From Archangium sp. (GTDB lineage: Bacteria; Myxococcota; Myxococcia; Myxococcales; Myxococcaceae), in the NCBI GenBank assembly GCA_031367385.1, contig JANLPS010000260.1, positions 1 through 27,723 on the forward strand: DNA of 27,723 bases, read 5' to 3'. The position numbers were made by a program, and so were the translations under genes. Each line of letters opens with the position of its first letter. The first letter of the stretch is position 1. Under the pieces are notes generated by a model. The model was not told the DNA's origin. It did no database searches and was given only the letters and a program-made list of their open reading frames with translations. Positions 9,323 through 16,619 of the stretch are shown piece by piece.

Positions 9323-9390
9323 TCTGAAATGCTACAGGCCGCAACAGGCAGGTCAAAAAAAGTGGCACCGGCCGTGGCATCATCATCGGC

Positions 9391-9810
9391 ATGATCACCT
9401 TCTCCCATGTGGGCATCGCGGTCTCGAAGGGCTCGCCGCTGCGTGCGCTGCTGGGCCTGCTCGAGGTGCCCACGCACGACACCACGGTGCCCCGCGAGAG
9501 CCTGGCGGTCACGATGGTGCCACTTGGTGCGCGATCGGCGCGGTTGGAGCTGCTCGAGACCGAGAACCCCGATTCGACCGTGGGCCGGTTCTTGGCTCGC
9601 CACGGGCCGGGCATTCACCATGTGTGTCTGGGTGTGCCGCACGGGGCGCTCGATGCGATCTGCGAGCGGCTTCGGGCGAACGGCTATCGGCTCCTGCTCG
9701 AGAAGAACGAGCTTGGTGCCGAGGGGGCCTTCGTGAATTTCGTGCACCCCAAGTCAACCGGGGGCGTGCTGCTCGAGCTCCAGGAGCAGTCGCGCGATGG
9801 CGAGCCGTGA
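9391..9810 (+). CDS. mce: Methylmalonyl-CoA epimerase (VOC family)
   Basis: HVGIAV, LELLE, FLARHGPGIHHVCL and FVHPKSTGGVLLEL signature segments. Confidence 0.88.
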   Translation: MITFSHVGIAVSKGSPLRALLGLLEVPTHDTTVPRESLAVTMVPLGARSARLELLETENPDSTVGRFLARHGPGIHHVCLGVPHGALDAICERLRANGYRLLLEKNELGAEGAFVNFVHPKSTGGVLLELQEQSRDGEP

Positions 9811-11061
9811 GCGGCCGGCATAGTCCATCACGTTGCCCAGCCCGAGCTGTTCGGCCACGAGCTGGTACGCGGCGGTGCCGATGGTCATGCCGACCTTGGC
9901 GCGAAACGCGAGGGCCTCGGTCAGCCAGCCCCTGCTCACCGCGAGCTGTCGGAGCGGCACTTTTTCGTGCGTGCCATCGAAATGAATCGCCGGGTCGAGC
10001 CGCAGCGCCGCGCGAATGACCGCGGGAGACCAAAACACGGGGTGCACCGCGACGCCGTAGCGCCAGGCGTAAAACGGGCTGAGCTCTCCGGTCCAGATCG
10101 TGCGGGCGATGAGCGCGGCGGTCGATGAGACGCCGACGGCTTGCATGTAGGCGTCGTGGCGCAGCATGCCGCCGAATAAGAGATCTGCGCCGTAGCCGGT
10201 GACCACTCCGGTGCCGGCGTGTCGCACCAGGGCCGCGAGCTGAAGCACGATCTCGGCGGTCATGCCGTCGGAGATCTCATTGGCTTTGATCACGTCGTTC
10301 CACAGCTTGAGAATTTCGTCGTCGCGCAGCTGCAGCTCGCGGTGATCACTGCCCAGCGAGCGGGCCAGGTCGGCTGCCTGGGCGAATTCATTGCCCACGC
10401 GGGTGCCCAGGCTCCAGGTGCTGAGCTTCACTGGAAATTTTCGGCCCAGCAGCGCGGAGGCGATCGACGAGTCGATGCCTCCTGAGATGAAGGCACCGCG
10501 GGTCGCATCGGCGCCGTCGAGGGAGTGCTCGAGTGCGTCTCCGAGCTCGCGGGTGTCGGTGGAGGTACCCGTCGTTGCCAAGAGCTCGGGCCAGATCGAG
10601 GGCATTTCTTCGTGAAGAACCCCGGCGTGGTCGATGGAGAGGGTGGCCCCGGGTGAGAGGCGCTCGACGTTCTCGTAGGGGGAATACGTGAGGCTTCGCT
10701 CGCCGGCCGCAGTGAGGCTCGCCGCCGGTTTCAAACGAGGTTGAAAACCGGCGATGGCGGCGAAGGCTTTCACTTCGGGGGAGACCGCGATGAAGCCTGG
10801 GCCGTTGATCTGCCACAGAGGGAGCGTGCCGAGGGCGTCAGTGGTGAAGCGCGTCGCCGCGGGGAGCAGGTCGACTCGGCCATGAGCAGAGCAGGCGGAG
10901 CGAGCGAACGAGGTTTCGAGGGTCGTTGGCTTGGTGAAGCGTGCCAGCGGCGTGTGGTAGAGCGTGCCGGTCTTGGTGACGGTAGTGCCGTACGGGCAGA
11001 GTCTCTTGGCGAGCTCGACTTCATCGACCTCCGCCCTGCCCTGAACCCAGAGAAATGGCAT
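9754..11061 (-). CDS. carA: Carbapenam synthetase-like ATP-dependent beta-lactam synthetase (asparagine synthetase superfamily; carbapenem CarA/ThnM type)
   Basis: SGGIDSS PP-loop plus segments matching the recalled Pectobacterium CarA: SLGTRVGNEF~SIGTELSNEF, NEISDGMTAEI~NEIFDGLSAEI, TGYGADLLFGG~TGYGSDLLFGG, RTIWTGE~RTRWTGE, VFWS~PFWS, RAKVG~RKKIG. No N-terminal glutaminase Cys. The symbol refers to carbapenem carA, not carbamoyl-phosphate synthase. Confidence 0.85.
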   Translation of the reverse strand: MPFLWVQGRAEVDEVELAKRLCPYGTTVTKTGTLYHTPLARFTKPTTLETSFARSACSAHGRVDLLPAATRFTTDALGTLPLWQINGPGFIAVSPEVKAFAAIAGFQPRLKPAASLTAAGERSLTYSPYENVERLSPGATLSIDHAGVLHEEMPSIWPELLATTGTSTDTRELGDALEHSLDGADATRGAFISGGIDSSIASALLGRKFPVKLSTWSLGTRVGNEFAQAADLARSLGSDHRELQLRDDEILKLWNDVIKANEISDGMTAEIVLQLAALVRHAGTGVVTGYGADLLFGGMLRHDAYMQAVGVSSTAALIARTIWTGELSPFYAWRYGVAVHPVFWSPAVIRAALRLDPAIHFDGTHEKVPLRQLAVSRGWLTEALAFRAKVGMTIGTAAYQLVAEQLGLGNVMDYAGRSRLAIARLLLELEQHAPG

Positions 11062-11064
11062 CGG

Positions 11065-12492
11065 CTAGCGCTCCGTGAGCTTGGGCTTGAGCACTTTGCC
11101 CAGCGGGCTCTTCGGCAGCGACTCCCGAAAGTGCCAGTGCCTGGGTATTTTGAAGTCGGCCAGTTGCTCTCGCAGTACGGGCATCGCCGATTTCTTCAAC
11201 GCCGCGTCATCGAGGCCAGTCGGGCCGCGGTCGGGCACCAGGTACGCCGCCACGCACTCTCCGGTGAGCTCATCGGCTGCACCGATCACCGCGCATTCTT
11301 TGACCCACGGCAGGTTTCGCAAGGCCGTCTCGACCTCAGCTGGGTTCACCTTCTGCCCTGCGACGTTGATGAATTGATTCATTCGGCCGGTGATGAAGAA
11401 TCGACCCGCTTCATCGAGCGACACCAGGTCACCCGTTCGCAGCTCATGGTTCGCGAAGGGCGCTGCATCGACCGCTCCGTCGATGAGGTAGCCACTGCAG
11501 AGGGCCTCCGATGAAACCACCAGCTCTGCGTTGTCGAGCCGCCATCGAATGGGCGCCATCGGCTTGCCGACCGTCTCGAAAAGATACGGAGGTGCGCCAT
11601 GCTGGTGAATGCAGATCACACCAATTTCGGCCAGCCCGTACCCTTGTTGGAGTGGGCGACCGAAGCGCTCGAGAAACCCTTCGGCCACCGTTCGCGAGAG
11701 GGCCGCGCTGCCGCAAAACGGGCGCGACAACGCCGACAGGTCGTACTTTTCGGGGTGTTGCAATCGGTTACACACCGCGAAGAACGAAGGCACCGAGCTG
11801 AAAAAAGAGATTCGAGACTCGGTCAGCACGTTGAGCACGCTCATCGGCGTCGCAGCCTGGGGCGGCATCAGCCACAGCGTGCCTCCACCCAGCAGCGTGG
11901 GAAAAGCGAGACAATCGAGGCCATGCGAGTGCGTGAGCGGCACGGCACAGAGGGTGCGCTCATCGTCGGTGAGCGTCACGGCTCGTTGAATGTGCTGCGC
12001 GCGGGCCCACAGCGCCTCCGCGCCGATCAAGATCCCCTTGGGGCGGCCGGTGGTGCCTGAGCTCCATTGAATGAACGCGGTGCCCTCGATCAACGGGTGG
12101 CGAGCGTTGTAGCCCTGCCCTTTCGCGGTCACCCCGCCCACGTCATCGAGCTGCCAATGCGCCACGCCAGCGACGATCTCAGCCGCCGCCTGGGTCAGCA
12201 CCAGACTGGGGTTCAGCGCCGAGACCAGCGCGTCACGTTCACCCTTGGGGAGCATCGGGTCGAGAGGCATCACGGTGCCTCCCAGCTCGGTGACCGCGAG
12301 CACTGAGACCAGAAATGTCGGCACGTTCGTCAAGTGCAGAGCCACAGCCGAGCCTGGGCCGACCCCAGCGAGCTCACGCTTGAGTGAGTCAACCCGGGCG
12401 ATCAGCTGCGAATAGCTCAGCTCGCGATTGCCCCCCCACTTGATCGCCGCGGCGTCACCCCGTCTGGCGGCGACGTCACGAAGGCTGATCAC
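11065..12492 (-). CDS. AMP-dependent acyl-CoA/acyl-ACP ligase (ANL superfamily)
   Basis: SSGTTGRPKG, GYGLAE, RTGD, GR...INVAGQKVNPAEVE and LPKSPLGK motifs. Likely GTG start at 12492 overlapping the upstream stop (GTGA) with a GGAG RBS; the ORF track starts at 12546. Confidence 0.9.
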   Translation of the reverse strand: MISLRDVAARRGDAAAIKWGGNRELSYSQLIARVDSLKRELAGVGPGSAVALHLTNVPTFLVSVLAVTELGGTVMPLDPMLPKGERDALVSALNPSLVLTQAAAEIVAGVAHWQLDDVGGVTAKGQGYNARHPLIEGTAFIQWSSGTTGRPKGILIGAEALWARAQHIQRAVTLTDDERTLCAVPLTHSHGLDCLAFPTLLGGGTLWLMPPQAATPMSVLNVLTESRISFFSSVPSFFAVCNRLQHPEKYDLSALSRPFCGSAALSRTVAEGFLERFGRPLQQGYGLAEIGVICIHQHGAPPYLFETVGKPMAPIRWRLDNAELVVSSEALCSGYLIDGAVDAAPFANHELRTGDLVSLDEAGRFFITGRMNQFINVAGQKVNPAEVETALRNLPWVKECAVIGAADELTGECVAAYLVPDRGPTGLDDAALKKSAMPVLREQLADFKIPRHWHFRESLPKSPLGKVLKPKLTER

Positions 12493-13616
12493 AACCCCGA
12501 CTCCGGCAACCGAATGACCCAGCTGCCGACGGCCTGGTTCTGCCACATCAGCTCGTGCGCTTCGGCGGCCTGCTCGAACTCGAACGTGCGGGTGAGCGTC
12601 GACTTGATCACGCCTGAATCGATCAGCAGCTGCGCTTTGGTCGCCTCATGAATGTTGCTGCCATGCGAGCCGATGATCTGCTTCTGCAACGTCCACAAGT
12701 AGCGAACGTCGAATGACAGCTGGTACCCGGTGGTCGCTCCGCAGATGACGACTTTGCCCTGCGGCTTGGCCACATAGACACTCGCGGGAAAAGTGGCCTG
12801 CCCGGTGTGCTCGAAGACCACATCGGGGTCGCGCCCGTGGGTGAGCTCTCTGATCGCGTCGCGAAATCGCCGAAGCTCGCGCTCGTTCGCCAGGCCTTCG
12901 TTCAACGCGGGAAACTTGCGGCGATCGATGATCAGATCGGCGCCGAGGTCGTGGCAGAACGCCCGGCGTTCATCGCTCGAGACCACGCACACCGGTCGGG
13001 CGTTCGCCGCCTGGCAGAGTTGCACCGCGTAGCTGCCGAGGCCGCCCGCCGCGCCCCAGATCAGCACGACGTCTTGCGGCCCGATGCCGGTCTGCATGAA
13101 CAGCATGCGATACGCGGTGAAATACTTGAGGCTGTAGCTGGCGGCGGCCTCCCACGAGAGTGATTTGGGCTTGGGCAGCAGCTGGGTCGAGCGCAGCAAC
13201 GCGTATTCACCGAACGCGCCATAGCTGGTCTCGTAGCCCCAGGCTTTTCGCTTCACGCAATGGAGCGGATCGCCGCCATTGCACTCAGGGCACTCGCCGC
13301 ACGCCCACAAGGGGTGGGAGATCACCTCGTCGCCGACCTTCCACCGTTTGACGCCGACGCCGACCTGCTCGATGACGCCAGCGGCGTCGCTGCCACCGAT
13401 GTGAAACTGCACCGCCGGGTTGAGCTTCGAGAGCGGCACGGGTTTGCCGAGGCACGCCCAGATGTGATTGTAGTTGATGCCCGCTGCGCGCACACGAACC
13501 ACGACATCTCCGGGGCCGGCCACCGGTCGCTCGACCGTCTCGATCTGCATCGCCTGCATCGGAGGCCCGTGGCGCTCTTCTCGAACGACCCACGCCTTCA
13601 TCATCGATGAGCTCAT
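12489..13616 (-). CDS. ccr: Crotonyl-CoA carboxylase/reductase family (enoyl-thioester carboxylase/reductase)
   Basis: ECR-specific segments GINYNHIWA, HIGGSD, ECNGGDP, WGYET, TAYRML, IWGAAGGLG, VFEH and RYLWTLQKQIIGSH. The Asn, Glu and His CO2-site residues appear retained. Confidence 0.85.
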   Translation of the reverse strand: MSSSMMKAWVVREERHGPPMQAMQIETVERPVAGPGDVVVRVRAAGINYNHIWACLGKPVPLSKLNPAVQFHIGGSDAAGVIEQVGVGVKRWKVGDEVISHPLWACGECPECNGGDPLHCVKRKAWGYETSYGAFGEYALLRSTQLLPKPKSLSWEAAASYSLKYFTAYRMLFMQTGIGPQDVVLIWGAAGGLGSYAVQLCQAANARPVCVVSSDERRAFCHDLGADLIIDRRKFPALNEGLANERELRRFRDAIRELTHGRDPDVVFEHTGQATFPASVYVAKPQGKVVICGATTGYQLSFDVRYLWTLQKQIIGSHGSNIHEATKAQLLIDSGVIKSTLTRTFEFEQAAEAHELMWQNQAVGSWVIRLPESGL

Positions 13617-14794
13617 GGAGCACCTTTTACAAAGCTCGCCGGGATTCGCGTCAACCCACCGCGAGAAGCGGCGAGAATTTGATCGAACTCAGCGGGCACG
13701 TGGTGAATCAAGTTGGGGTTCAACACATGCGACCCGGAGGGGATGGCCTCGCCAGGGCTGAAGAGCAGCCCCGCGCCAATGAAGCAGGTGTCGCCGACGC
13801 CGCTGGCCAAGAAGCGCTGGTTCGACGAGACGGTGCCGGTGGGTAAGCGCAGCTCGACGTCACGGTTGGCGTTGAGGTAGTCGGCGAACCCCGCGCCCCC
13901 GCCGATGAACGTGTCGTTGCCGATGACCGCGTTGAAGATCATCTGCGTCGCGACCACCGTGCCCGCCCCGATGGCGGCGTTGGCGACCTCGCAGCGCATC
14001 AGGTAGCTGCCAGGCCCGATCACGGCGGCCTGCACGCTGCTGCCTTCGCGAATGACAGCGCCGCTGCCGATGATGGCCCCGCGCATGTAGACGTGTGCGC
14101 CGACCTCGACGTCGTCGCCGAGTACGCAGCCCTCGAGCACCGCGGTGGGGTGCACCCTGCAGCGGCGGCCCGTTCGATTGAACAACCCGGTCAGTCGCGG
14201 CGATGAGAGGGCCCACCGCAGCACTGGCACGGGCAGAAAATGGGCAAAGAAAACATAGAGCTTCGCACCGAGCTCCCTCGCGACGAGCGTCGATGCGTTG
14301 AGCACGTCGGGCCACCGTTCAATCGCCACCGCGAACTCGTGCAGCGCCGCGACCCGCACGTTGCGCAGCCCAAATACCGCTGAGGGAAAGCCCACTGGCA
14401 GCTCGAACAGTGGCGCGATCGGCAATTGCTCGAGCGTGCCTTGGCCGAACCGTGAGCCGAAGACCCAGACCGGCAGGGCCTGAACCCGCTCCGTCAGCCC
14501 GTCGGCACGCACGGTGTGCATCGCAGTGGTGTCGACCGAATACTGCACCGTGCCTTGCCCCTGTCTTCGCGCATGCGAGGCCAGCCGCTTCACCGTCGCG
14601 TCAGCAAGCACGACGTTGTCGTGAACGACGACCCCCGGGCCCTCGTTCGCGGGGCCTTCGATGACCTCGAACCCGGCTTGCGTGAGTTGCCGACGAAGCC
14701 GAGCACCCACCGTTTCGTCGCCCAGCAGAAAGGTCGACGCTGCCCTCCGAAAGGGAAACACCGGTGCGGCCTCGGAGACGACGTACGCTTTCAC
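13613..14794 (-). CDS. Left-handed beta-helix (hexapeptide repeat) protein, putative acyltransferase
   Basis: C-terminal hexapeptide repeats (VHPTAV LEGCVLGDDVEVGAHVYM RGAIIGSGAVIREGSSV QAAVIGPG...VGDTCFIGAG). The N-terminal half is not confidently assigned. 4-nt overlaps with both neighbours. Confidence 0.7.
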   Translation of the reverse strand: MKAYVVSEAAPVFPFRRAASTFLLGDETVGARLRRQLTQAGFEVIEGPANEGPGVVVHDNVVLADATVKRLASHARRQGQGTVQYSVDTTAMHTVRADGLTERVQALPVWVFGSRFGQGTLEQLPIAPLFELPVGFPSAVFGLRNVRVAALHEFAVAIERWPDVLNASTLVARELGAKLYVFFAHFLPVPVLRWALSSPRLTGLFNRTGRRCRVHPTAVLEGCVLGDDVEVGAHVYMRGAIIGSGAVIREGSSVQAAVIGPGSYLMRCEVANAAIGAGTVVATQMIFNAVIGNDTFIGGGAGFADYLNANRDVELRLPTGTVSSNQRFLASGVGDTCFIGAGLLFSPGEAIPSGSHVLNPNLIHHVPAEFDQILAASRGGLTRIPASFVKGAP

Positions 14795-15030
14795 GGCCGC
14801 GCTCCGACGTGCTTGGCGATGTCTGCGACGGTCACGAAGGGCTCGCCCTGGTTCGCGAGCTGCCCCAGGTCGACGCCGAACGACTCGTGCACCAGCACCG
14901 CGAGCTCCATCAAGCGAAACGAATCGAGCTCGAGGTCATCGCGCAGCGAATCGCTGGGGGTGATGGCCCTTGCCTGCCCACTCACCCGCTTCAGGAGCGC
15001 CTCGAGTGCCGACCAAGACCCCTCACCCAT
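14791..15030 (-). CDS. Acyl carrier protein
   Basis: 79 aa with DDLELDSFRLMEL phosphopantetheinylation motif and FGVDL...TVADI tail. Overlaps both neighbours. Confidence 0.88.
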   Translation of the reverse strand: MGEGSWSALEALLKRVSGQARAITPSDSLRDDLELDSFRLMELAVLVHESFGVDLGQLANQGEPFVTVADIAKHVGARP

Positions 15031-15784
15031 CGAGAGGACCGATCACCTTCTCGAAGTGCGGCACGTTGGCCCTGGCCGAGAACGATTGCACGTGGGCCTC
15101 GGCGGCGGGCTCTCGAATCGCGTCGAGCTGCGCGATGAAGCGCGCGTTGTGAATGTGCTTGGTCAATGAAAACGGAGTCGCGTGAAACCCGGCGAAGCGT
15201 TTGGCCTGCTTCAATGCCGTCGCGAAGACCTCGTTGTCGACTTGATCGACCAGCCCGAAGTCTTTGGCGCTCTCGGCATCGAAGCTGGCGCACCCCACCA
15301 CTGCGTGCATCATGCGCGCTCGCCCCAGCAGCACTTCGAGCATCAGCGACCCGAGTGGGCAGGCAACGCCGTTCTGCAATTCGGGCATCGCGACCACCGT
15401 GCCCCCACTGGCGACCCGCCAATCGGCGCACAACGCGACTTGCAGGCCCTGGCCTATCGCGTGGTGATCGATCGCCGCGACGACCGGTTTGTCGATGCGC
15501 AAGATCGCGATGTACAGATCGATGATCTCGAGCAAGTAGGCCCGCATCTCGCTGTGGGTCTTGAGTGCGGCGATGTCGCGAAAATCTCCGCCGACGCTGA
15601 AAGATCGATCTGCACCGCCCCACAGCACCACGGCCTTGACCGCCGCGTCGGCATTGAGCTCGGGCGCGAGCGTGATCAACCGCTGGGTCATCGCCCGCGA
15701 GAACGGGTTCTTCGGGTTCTCATGGCTCAGACGAAGCTCGCAGATGCCGTCTTCGACCCGAGCCTGAATACTGCCGTCACCCAT
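15023..15784 (-). CDS. carB: Carboxymethylproline synthase-like crotonase (carbapenem CarB/ThnE type)
   Basis: 253 aa from the ATG at 15784, co-linear with recalled CarB: NPFSR, GGADRSFSVGGDF~GGAERSFSAGGDF, IDLY, MPELQNGVAC~MPELKHGIGC (catalytic Glu131), EAHVQSF~AVHKAAF, HFEKVIG~HFKNVLG. The symbol refers to carbapenem carB. Confidence 0.85.
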   Translation of the reverse strand: MGDGSIQARVEDGICELRLSHENPKNPFSRAMTQRLITLAPELNADAAVKAVVLWGGADRSFSVGGDFRDIAALKTHSEMRAYLLEIIDLYIAILRIDKPVVAAIDHHAIGQGLQVALCADWRVASGGTVVAMPELQNGVACPLGSLMLEVLLGRARMMHAVVGCASFDAESAKDFGLVDQVDNEVFATALKQAKRFAGFHATPFSLTKHIHNARFIAQLDAIREPAAEAHVQSFSARANVPHFEKVIGPLDG

Positions 15785-15824
15785 CGTCGTGCCCCCGGGC
15801 AAAAAAGCCCTGCGAACGGTAGTC

Positions 15825-15852
15825 AAAGATCGACCGGCCGGGGTTGATTTTT
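15825..15852. promoter_or_regulatory. Imperfect inverted repeat in the divergent carB/SIMPL intergenic region (possible operator)
   Basis: aaagatcgacc-N6-ggttgattttt, with 9 of 11 arm positions complementary. Confidence 0.3.
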
Positions 15853-15895
15853 CGGGTGGAACACGCGGGTCGCGGGCAGAGTCTGAGCGCCCCCA

Positions 15896-16612
15896 ATGCT
15901 CCTGCTCCTCACTCTCCTCGCCGCGAACCCTCCCCCTATGCAAACTCGAAGCATCACCGTCAGTGGCAGTGCTCAGGTCCGCGTCGCTCCCGACATCGTG
16001 CAGCTGTTGATGGCCGTTGAGACCGCTGACAAGTCGTTGAGCAAAGCCAAGAGCTCGAATGACGACCGTATGACCAAGGTGCTCGCCGCGGCGAAGAAGT
16101 TCGGCGTCGAGCCCAAAGATCTCCAGACCGACCGAATCACCATCGAGGCCCGGCGCGACAGCAGCTACTCTTCGAACCCCTCGCAAGAGCCCGACGCTTA
16201 CGTGGTTCGCCGTGCGTTGGTGGTGACCTTGCATGATCTCAAGCGCTTCGAAGACCTGCTCTCAGTGCTGCTCGAGGCCGGCGCGAACCGCACCGATGGC
16301 ATTGAATTTCAGACCTCGGCGCTCCGCAAATATCGCGATCAGGCGCGGGTCGAGGCGATGAAGGCCGCCTTCGAAAAAGCGACCGCGCTGTCCAAAGAAG
16401 CGGGGCTCAAGGTGGGCAAAGCGCAGAGCATCTCCGAGGGCAGCTCCGGGTTCGGCATGTGGAGCGCCGCTCCGAGGTACGGCGGAGGCATGCAGCAGAA
16501 CTCGTTTCAGGCCCCAAGCCCGGGCGGTGAGGGCCAAGAGGGCTCGGCCGGGTTCGCGCCGGGCCAGATGCTGGTCAACGCGAGCGTGTCGATCACCTAT
16601 GACCTCGAATAG
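15896..16612 (+). CDS. SIMPL (DUF541) domain periplasmic protein
   Basis: Short hydrophobic N-terminus, ITVSGSAQVRVAPD, ARVEAMKAAFEKATAL and PGQMLVNASVSITYDL. Confidence 0.88.
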   Translation: MLLLLTLLAANPPPMQTRSITVSGSAQVRVAPDIVQLLMAVETADKSLSKAKSSNDDRMTKVLAAAKKFGVEPKDLQTDRITIEARRDSSYSSNPSQEPDAYVVRRALVVTLHDLKRFEDLLSVLLEAGANRTDGIEFQTSALRKYRDQARVEAMKAAFEKATALSKEAGLKVGKAQSISEGSSGFGMWSAAPRYGGGMQQNSFQAPSPGGEGQEGSAGFAPGQMLVNASVSITYDLE

Positions 16613-16619
16613 ATGACCC

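Larger units (their letters stand above)
9754..15784 (-). other. Putative carbapenam-type beta-lactam biosynthetic operon (carB-ACP-LbH-ccr-ligase-carA)
   Basis: Six co-directional genes whose junctions are overlaps of 8, 4, 4 and 4 nt and a 3-nt gap. Confidence 0.82.

Noticed and set aside
9754..11061. Annotation as an ordinary asparagine synthetase
   Set aside because: No N-terminal Cys glutaminase domain, TGYGAD rather than the usual GEGADE motif, several CarA-specific segments, and an operon shared with a CarB homolog.
15023..16234. 403-aa version of the crotonase ORF
   Set aside because: The extension beyond 15784 is largely antisense to the SIMPL gene. CarB similarity and the expected length of about 250 aa start at the ATG at 15784.
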